Shown in pieces: positions 24,619 to 30,522 of a stretch of DNA of 30,522 bases. Source of the DNA: a virus (lineage: Duplodnaviria > Heunggongvirae > Uroviricota > Caudoviricetes); IMG/VR virus record IMGVR_UViG_3300028048_000103, positions 64,001 to 94,522 of that record; one strand, written 5' to 3'. Numbering within the stretch: the stretch's first letter is position 1; every line of letters starts with the position of its first letter. Below the pieces are notes generated by a model. The model did no database searches and was not told the origin of the DNA. It saw only the letters and a list, made by a program, of their open reading frames with translations. The position numbers and the translations under genes were made by a program.

Positions 24619-25566
24619 ATGTTTATGGAAAAAATGTTTATTAAAATGATGGAAGATGCCCACGAACAATTTAATAATGTTGATGGAAAAAAAAGATTAT
24701 TTGAATATAGAGAAGAAATCTGTCAAAAATTGTTGGATGAGGCTTATGGTTCATTTAAAGGCCAATATCAATCAGTTAAAAACATAGCTAACGAAATATT
24801 AAGGAAATATAATAATAACGAATATATTGATGATGGGAAAAAAATTATAATAAAAACAAATGGTGATGTTGTTGGTATTGGGAATATAAATTTAATTGTA
24901 TATTGGTGTTTATTTGACGGAGATAGTGATGTTGTTAGTGGAAAAAGTACGATTGATGAAAATAATGTTTTAACTATAATATTGAATGTTAAGAGAGGGA
25001 AAACGCCATACTATAATATAGTTTCAACAATGGCGCATGAAATCATGCATTGTTTTCAAGTAAAATTACCAAACGTTAAAGATGTCAATCTTAATTCAAT
25101 GATTTTATACAATTATTTGCCAACATTTTTTAGTACAGCACCTTTGTTTAGTTATTACTTTTTCTATGGTATGTACATAACATTTTTCATAGAAAGAACT
25201 GCTAATATTTCATCAGTATCAAATTTTATGGAAGAATATTTTAAAGATAAAGATAAGAACAAAATTTCAACATTGGAATATCAAAATGCCATTAAAAAAT
25301 GTGATAAATACCAAATATATGAAGAAGTATTAAGGAACTTAAAAAACGTACCAATTGAAGCAAAAGATTTAGAATATATAAAGAACTGTTTGACTTCTCC
25401 GTTTAAAAATATGTACAGTAATAACGAAGAAACTTATTTGTATGATAAAAAAACATTTAATGTTCAGACATATATTTTAAAAAAGAAAGAAGAAATTATA
25501 AAAATATGTCAAGAAACAATTGAAAAAATGCATAAAAACATAATAAATTTTATTGAAAATGAATAA
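24619..25566 (+). CDS. Zincin-like metallopeptidase-domain protein, paralog A
   Basis: TMAHEIMHCFQ (HExxH) with downstream IERTANI (ExxA). The exact start among several close ATGs is uncertain. Confidence 0.65.
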   Translation: MFMEKMFIKMMEDAHEQFNNVDGKKRLFEYREEICQKLLDEAYGSFKGQYQSVKNIANEILRKYNNNEYIDDGKKIIIKTNGDVVGIGNINLIVYWCLFDGDSDVVSGKSTIDENNVLTIILNVKRGKTPYYNIVSTMAHEIMHCFQVKLPNVKDVNLNSMILYNYLPTFFSTAPLFSYYFFYGMYITFFIERTANISSVSNFMEEYFKDKDKNKISTLEYQNAIKKCDKYQIYEEVLRNLKNVPIEAKDLEYIKNCLTSPFKNMYSNNEETYLYDKKTFNVQTYILKKKEEIIKICQETIEKMHKNIINFIENE

Positions 25567-26503
25567 TAATTTAACGATTAAAGAATTATTTAAGGAAAGT
25601 AATTGTATTAATGACGTTAAAATAAGAAAGATTTTACATGAACAATATGAATTAATAACCGAAAATTTAATTGATGAATCTTACGGTTCATTTAAAGGCC
25701 AATATCAATCAGTTAAAAATTTGGTTAGACAAGTATTTGATAAAATTGAAAAGAATGAAGTAATTGATAATGGTTTCAAATCAATAATAAGAGTGAATGG
25801 TGTTGTTGAGGGTATTGGAAATGTGGAACTTATTGTACATTGGTCATTAAGTAATAATACAGTTGAATTACCTGTCAGTGGAAAAAGTTTTTTTGAAAAC
25901 AATGAACACAAAATTGTTTTAGATGTAAAATATGGTAATACGCCTAAATATGATATTTCAACCACAATGGCACATGAAATCATGCATTGTTTTCAAAGAG
26001 AACTACCAAATGTTAAAGACATTAATCTTAATTCAATGATTTTATATAACTACTTACTATATTTTCAAAGTCAAGCACCTGAAGAATTCAGCCATTACTT
26101 TTTCTATGGTATGTACATAACATTTTTTATTGAAAGAACTGCTAATATTTCATCAGTATCAAATTTTATGGAAGAGTATTTTAAAAATAGAGATAAAAAT
26201 AAAATTTCTACATTGGAATATCAAAATGCTCTTAAAAAATGTGATAAGTATCAAATGTACGAAGAAGTGTTAAAAAATATGTTACATAGAGAAATCAAAA
26301 ATGATGATATTAAATATATAAACAAATGTTTAACTGGCAAATTTAAGAATATATACAATCATAATGAAGACGTTCTTTTATTTGACCCACAAACATTTAA
26401 TGTTCAGACATATATTTTTAAAAAGAAAGAAGAAATTATAAAAATATGTCAAGAAACAATTGAAAAAATGCATAAAAACATAATAAACTTTATTGAAAAT
26501 TAA
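25553..26503 (+). CDS. Zincin-like metallopeptidase-domain protein, paralog B
   Basis: Same HEIMH and ERTA motifs. Tandem paralog of 24619..25566, with a 14-nt overlap. Confidence 0.65.
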   Translation: MKMNNNLTIKELFKESNCINDVKIRKILHEQYELITENLIDESYGSFKGQYQSVKNLVRQVFDKIEKNEVIDNGFKSIIRVNGVVEGIGNVELIVHWSLSNNTVELPVSGKSFFENNEHKIVLDVKYGNTPKYDISTTMAHEIMHCFQRELPNVKDINLNSMILYNYLLYFQSQAPEEFSHYFFYGMYITFFIERTANISSVSNFMEEYFKNRDKNKISTLEYQNALKKCDKYQMYEEVLKNMLHREIKNDDIKYINKCLTGKFKNIYNHNEDVLLFDPQTFNVQTYIFKKKEEIIKICQETIEKMHKNIINFIEN

Positions 26504-26511
26504 TTTTAATT

Positions 26512-27492
26512 ATGGAACAGATACAAAATTTTAACAATGACACTGTAATTAGGAACATTTCATTTGACCAAAGTGAAATACTTCATAATATCATGAATTT
26601 GTATAATGATGGTAAACCATTTGAATGTGATATTACTGCAAGTGAACTGAAGTTTTATCAGAAAAGCAAACAGAATAAATATGATATCCCAATACCAAAA
26701 ATATTGATGGATGTTTACCCACAAAGAGAGGATATTATTAAAATTACACCCTTTCATAAATTACCATTAGAAGATAATAGTATATCTTCAATTGTGGTTG
26801 ATTTACCTTTTGTTATTTCACCAAAAACAAGTAAATCAAAGAGAGAGGGAAAAAAAGACACTAATTTAATTGCTAATAGATTTTCTTCTTTTTACCCTGC
26901 TGATGAAATGTTTGAGAACATATATTGGTGGATAAAAGAATGTTATAGAGTTGTTAAAGAGGACGGAATTGTGGTTTGGAAATTTCAATCAACAATATCC
27001 GGAGGCCGCCAGTGTTGGTCCGTACCATTTTCTTTTATGGTTGCTGATAGAATTGGATTTTATATTGAAGATGAGTTTATACTTGAAGCCAAAGCAAGAA
27101 TAGTTGCAAATTCACATTTTAAAAATGGACAGAAACATGCAAGAAAATATACATCTACATTTTGGGTATTTAAAAAAGATGAAAGATTAGCAAAAAACAA
27201 TAGTTTATTTAAATGGTTGAAACAATGTGAAGAACAAGATTTGGAAGGAAAAATATGGATAGAACCAAAAGAAGCAAAAAGACTTGAAAGAGAAGAAGAA
27301 ATTAAACATCAAAGAGGTAGAAAATCATATAGACTTGAACAATTTAGTAAAACCGGTGAGTTTATTAAAGAATGGAATTCTCCTGATGATGTTGTCAATA
27401 AATTGGGAATTTCCAAAGCATCTTTATCACAATGTGTTAATGGAAAAATCAAAACAAGTGGTGGTTTTATATGGAAGAAAGCAATAAGATAG
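26512..27492 (+). CDS. Putative DNA amino-methyltransferase fused to a C-terminal NUMOD1/HTH DNA-binding domain
   Basis: QSEIL..I..L...FECDITAS...FY...P...MDVYPQ...LPLEDNSISSIVVDLPF (motif IV variant of DPPY/F). C-terminal EQFSKTGEFIKEWNS....NKLGIS...SQCVNGKIKTSGGFIWK is NUMOD1-like (~27334-27489). Confidence 0.6.
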   Translation: MEQIQNFNNDTVIRNISFDQSEILHNIMNLYNDGKPFECDITASELKFYQKSKQNKYDIPIPKILMDVYPQREDIIKITPFHKLPLEDNSISSIVVDLPFVISPKTSKSKREGKKDTNLIANRFSSFYPADEMFENIYWWIKECYRVVKEDGIVVWKFQSTISGGRQCWSVPFSFMVADRIGFYIEDEFILEAKARIVANSHFKNGQKHARKYTSTFWVFKKDERLAKNNSLFKWLKQCEEQDLEGKIWIEPKEAKRLEREEEIKHQRGRKSYRLEQFSKTGEFIKEWNSPDDVVNKLGISKASLSQCVNGKIKTSGGFIWKKAIR

Positions 27493-28259
27493 ATAATAGT
27501 ATTGAACTTAAATCTCTTGAACATTATAAATTTATTGCAAATAAATATAAAGAGCAAACAAAAGAGATTTATGATAAACATTTTCGTTTTAGTGATGTTA
27601 TTGGAAAATGTATTGGTTCTTATAAGGAATGGGTTGCAACAACAAAAGATGATTCCTTAGAAAGTTTTTTTAATTATTACATATCTAATGTTAAATCAGT
27701 AGATGCTTTTAAAACAGCATCTGCTATTCTTCATTATTTTACTAATCTACCAAAAGAAGATATGCTTGATTTATTAATTTGTCATGCAATTATTGAAACA
27801 TATTTTGGAGGACAAATTGAAAATTTTGTTACTGATTTTTTAAAGAGACAGGATGGTGTTAAGATAATAAATCTTGATAAAAACATTAAAGAAAAATTTG
27901 ATAGAACATATGGTATTGATATAATATTTAAGTTTGAAGAAAAAATATACCTTGTTCAAGTCAAACCAATTTCCTTTTTTTTGGGTAAAGGTAAAACAAT
28001 AGTTTTTGATAGAAAAGATGCCTTTAATAGAATAAAAAAGTTTAAAGAAATATATACGGAATATAAAGATGCTGTATTAAAGTTTTGTGTATACGATGGT
28101 GATTTTCTAATTAGTAAGGATACCAAAAGTTTTCTGACTGTCAAAAATAGTATTTTTCTTGATTTAGATGAAAAGTATTTTTCTGAAAGCACAGGAGCAT
28201 TTTGGCATGATTTTTGTAGAAACAAAGAAGAAAATTTTAAACAAATAAAAAATGGCTGA
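27471..28259 (+). CDS. PD-(D/E)xK endonuclease, MjaI-like type II restriction enzyme family
   Basis: VIGKCIGSYKEW...FFNYY, IIETYFGGQIE, and YGIDIIF...VQVKPISF (D...QxK-P core). Overlaps the methyltransferase by 22 nt. Confidence 0.55.
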   Translation: MEESNKIDNSIELKSLEHYKFIANKYKEQTKEIYDKHFRFSDVIGKCIGSYKEWVATTKDDSLESFFNYYISNVKSVDAFKTASAILHYFTNLPKEDMLDLLICHAIIETYFGGQIENFVTDFLKRQDGVKIINLDKNIKEKFDRTYGIDIIFKFEEKIYLVQVKPISFFLGKGKTIVFDRKDAFNRIKKFKEIYTEYKDAVLKFCVYDGDFLISKDTKSFLTVKNSIFLDLDEKYFSESTGAFWHDFCRNKEENFKQIKNG

Positions 28260-29301
28260 GAAAGATTATTATCAGATATTAGGTGTTGATAGGAATGCCA
28301 CAAAAGACGAGATTAACCATGCATTCAAAAAATTGGCCCTACAATTTCATCCTGACCGTTGGGTAGGAAAGTCTGAGAAGGAACAAAAAGAGGCTGAGGA
28401 AAAGTTTAAGGATATTAATGAGGCTTATCAAACATTATCAGACCCTGATAAAAGAGCAAAATATGATAATCCGGTAAATGATGATTTTGGTGCTTGGGAC
28501 GATTTTGGTGGTTTTAACCCATTTAATGGCAGTTTTGACCCATTTAAAATGTTTAGAAACAGACAACAGCAAAGAGTTATTATTGGTGATGATATTAATA
28601 TCACAATTGATGTAACTATATATGAAGCCTACAATGGTGCTAAAAAAAATATAACATATATCAAAAAAGTACATTGTCCTGACTGTAATGGAACAGGTTC
28701 TGCTGATGGTAAAGAAAAAACATGCCCTCATTGTAATGGAACAGGTACAATATCTGAAAAGAAGCAAAATGGGTATATGATAAGTATTATAACTAAACCA
28801 TGTCCTCATTGTAACGGAACAGGAAAAATAATAGAAAACCCTTGTAAGACTTGTAATGGTAGTGGTTTAAAAACAGTCACCGTCACTGAACAAATAGAAG
28901 TGCCTAAAGGTATATTTAACGGAGCACAAATTGATTTTCCCAACTTAGGTAGTGAGCCAAAAGGTGAAGGAAGAAATGGTCATCTGATTGTCACTTATAG
29001 AATAAAAGAGGATGATTATTTTAAGATTGATGGTTTTTGTAATGTTTATCATATTGAAAATGTAAAATTCAATGAAGCACTACTTGGCTGTGAAAGAGAA
29101 ATAAAATTCCTTGATGGTACAACTAAAAAAATAAAGATTCCTGAGGGAACAAAAGATAATACTAACTTTACTTATAACAAAAAGGGTATGTTTAATATAC
29201 AAAATGGTAATACAGAAGATTATAATGTTATTATTAAGTATGTTTATCCTGAAAAACTTACAAAAGAGCAAAAAAAGATGTTGGAGGAATTCAAATGGTA
29301 A
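28252..29301 (+). CDS. dnaJ: Chaperone DnaJ (class A: J-domain, four CxxCxGxG motifs, C-terminal domain)
   Basis: KDYYQILGV...FHPD...KFKDINEAYQTLSDPDKRAKYD; CPDCNGTG, CPHCNGTG x2, CKTCNGSG; peptide-binding C-terminal region. Confidence 0.92.
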   Translation: MAEKDYYQILGVDRNATKDEINHAFKKLALQFHPDRWVGKSEKEQKEAEEKFKDINEAYQTLSDPDKRAKYDNPVNDDFGAWDDFGGFNPFNGSFDPFKMFRNRQQQRVIIGDDINITIDVTIYEAYNGAKKNITYIKKVHCPDCNGTGSADGKEKTCPHCNGTGTISEKKQNGYMISIITKPCPHCNGTGKIIENPCKTCNGSGLKTVTVTEQIEVPKGIFNGAQIDFPNLGSEPKGEGRNGHLIVTYRIKEDDYFKIDGFCNVYHIENVKFNEALLGCEREIKFLDGTTKKIKIPEGTKDNTNFTYNKKGMFNIQNGNTEDYNVIIKYVYPEKLTKEQKKMLEEFKW

Positions 29302-29966
29302 AGAATGTTTTTATTGAAGAAAATCTTATAAATTATGTAAAGGATTATGATGTTATACTAATTGGCACATCTATCAAAAATTGTTTTGGCAATGGTTTTC
29401 AATATGATATCGGTCTAAATTTTCCTGATGTATTGAAAATTAATAAGAGGACAAAATATGATGATGTTAATAAATTGGGTACTTGTGAGGTTGTCACATC
29501 ATATCAAAAAAAAGGTTTTCCCATTTTTGTAATTTGCTATATAACAAAAGGTAGATATCGTCCTGACATTAAACCTGATGCTGTTGATTATGATGCATTG
29601 AAAACTTGTTTGGAACTTGTCAATAATAACTTTAAAAACAAAAAGATTGCATCAACATTAATTGGTAATTCAGAATATGAAGGTGGAGGCGATTCGATGA
29701 AGATTTATCATATAATAAATGAAACCTGTAATGATATTGACCTTGATATTTATGATTTTAAACAGGAAGATTATAAAACAAAAATAAAAGAAAAATTTAA
29801 TCATATTGTTAATGAATATAAATCAGGAAAAACAACATTAGAAGAATATCAAAATAATATGAAACGGTTTTGCTGGGAAAAAACATTTGGTATCTATACA
29901 CCAATGCCTGATGATAAATCATTATCGGAAATTCGTAATGAAATAAAAAATTTTAAAGAAAAATGA
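29295..29966 (+). CDS. Macrodomain (Poa1p/phage Tk.4-like ADP-ribose-binding or hydrolase) protein, divergent
   Basis: NLI...DVILIG...CFGNGF....FP...T..DD..KLG...VDYDAL..CL..VN..F..KKI....IG....GGD...I..II follows the phage macrodomain pattern, with substitutions in the Gly-rich loops. Confidence 0.55.
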   Translation: MVKNVFIEENLINYVKDYDVILIGTSIKNCFGNGFQYDIGLNFPDVLKINKRTKYDDVNKLGTCEVVTSYQKKGFPIFVICYITKGRYRPDIKPDAVDYDALKTCLELVNNNFKNKKIASTLIGNSEYEGGGDSMKIYHIINETCNDIDLDIYDFKQEDYKTKIKEKFNHIVNEYKSGKTTLEEYQNNMKRFCWEKTFGIYTPMPDDKSLSEIRNEIKNFKEK

Positions 29967-30433
29967 TTGGAACATTTACATTTAAAAAATTTAATAACCA
30001 AAAAATAGAAAGCGTTGAGGAATATGTTAAAAATTACTGCACAACGCATAAAAACATTGAAATAATGGTTGGAACTGATTCACAAAATAAAGGTCAGAAA
30101 ACACATTACTCTACCGTTATTGCGATGTATGAACCAGGTCATGGAGCACATTGTATATTTAAAAGATGGAATACACCAAGAGAAAGAGTTAGAAATACAA
30201 GACTAATGAACGAAGTTGCAGCATCCATTGAAACCGCAGAAAGTATAAAAGAAAATAGTGGCATTAAACCAAAATATATTGATATAGATATTAATCCTAA
30301 TCCTAAGTTTAAATCAAATGAAGTGTATGCTGCTGCTAAAGGTTGGATAGAAGGTCTTGGCTACGAAGTTAGATTCAAAACATTTGGACCTCTCGTCACA
30401 ACAATGGCAGATTGGATTGTTAAAGGAAATTAA
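29963..30433 (+). CDS. RNase H-like YkuK (DUF458) family protein
   Basis: IMVGTDSQ...YSTVIAM...G.GAH...RLMNEV..S...IDIDIN...SN...G.IEG.G...AD. ATGA coupling to the upstream gene. Confidence 0.75.
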   Translation: MIGTFTFKKFNNQKIESVEEYVKNYCTTHKNIEIMVGTDSQNKGQKTHYSTVIAMYEPGHGAHCIFKRWNTPRERVRNTRLMNEVAASIETAESIKENSGIKPKYIDIDINPNPKFKSNEVYAAAKGWIEGLGYEVRFKTFGPLVTTMADWIVKGN

Positions 30434-30522
30434 AAAAAAATATCTAAGTTTTGTACTTTTGGCACGATTATTGTAAGTAATAAAGAAATCAATATATATT
30501 TTTGTTTTTTTAAAAAATTGTT

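Noticed and set aside
27334-27489. Homing endonuclease or group I intron suggested by NUMOD1
   Set aside because: No HNH, GIY-YIG or LAGLIDADG motif is present, and the domain is fused in-frame to an uninterrupted methyltransferase-like ORF.
2826-29271. The many short (60-155 aa) antisense or out-of-frame ORFs in the track, e.g. 5763..6059, 14192..14659, 14687..15028, 23259..23576, 28438..28809
   Set aside because: They lie inside better-supported CDSs, have no motifs or promoters, and are expected shadows of biased codon usage.
5616-29301. Bacterial chromosome suggested by ompA, pncA, ssb, trx and dnaJ
   Set aside because: These genes lack their usual chromosomal neighbours and are interspersed with phage-type fibre genes and hypothetical proteins in dense, strand-switching units. 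A phage origin is more parsimonious but not proven within the window.
30454-30461. TACTTTTG (and TATATTTG at 11432-11439) as sigma70 promoters
   Set aside because: They match the -7 box only, with no TTTG 19-21 nt upstream. The downstream context of the 30454 site is outside the window.
1-30522. tRNA, rRNA, integrase, transposase or att sites
   Set aside because: Intergenic gaps are short and AT-rich with no cloverleaf-like sequence, and no recombinase or transposase motifs appear in any ORF.

Overview
AT-rich, gene-dense window most consistent with part of a large (jumbo-type) tailed phage infecting Bacteroidota. This is an inference: no capsid, terminase or polymerase gene lies in the window. 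The genetic code is standard, since SSB ends DDLPF-TAG. Two gene classes alternate on both strands. (i) Large repeat-rich putative virion, fibre or adhesin genes: a 5'-truncated tail-fibre-like ORF, two paralogous beta-rich accessory proteins, two coiled-coil fibre-like proteins (one with a Fib_succ_major-like domain), a 1327-aa BspA-type LRR + BACON-like protein and a LamG-like protein. Several are preceded by a shared ACTATTTAT(A/C) motif. (ii) Small host-interaction or metabolic genes behind Bacteroidota-type sigma70 promoters (TTTG-N19-TAnnTTTG): OmpA, nicotinamidase, SSB, thioredoxin, three HExxH zincin-like proteins, a methyltransferase-NUMOD1 fusion overlapping an MjaI-like PD-(D/E)xK nuclease, full-length DnaJ, a macrodomain protein and a YkuK/RNase H-like protein. 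Three bidirectional terminators separate convergent units. No tRNA, rRNA, CRISPR array, integrase, transposase or reverse transcriptase was seen. The best leads are the tightly packed 24.6-30.4 kb operon, the hypervariable LRR cassette array, the phage-borne OmpA, the two-class promoter layout and a possible head-targeting/cleavage peptide motif. All family assignments are by visual motif recognition, not database search.
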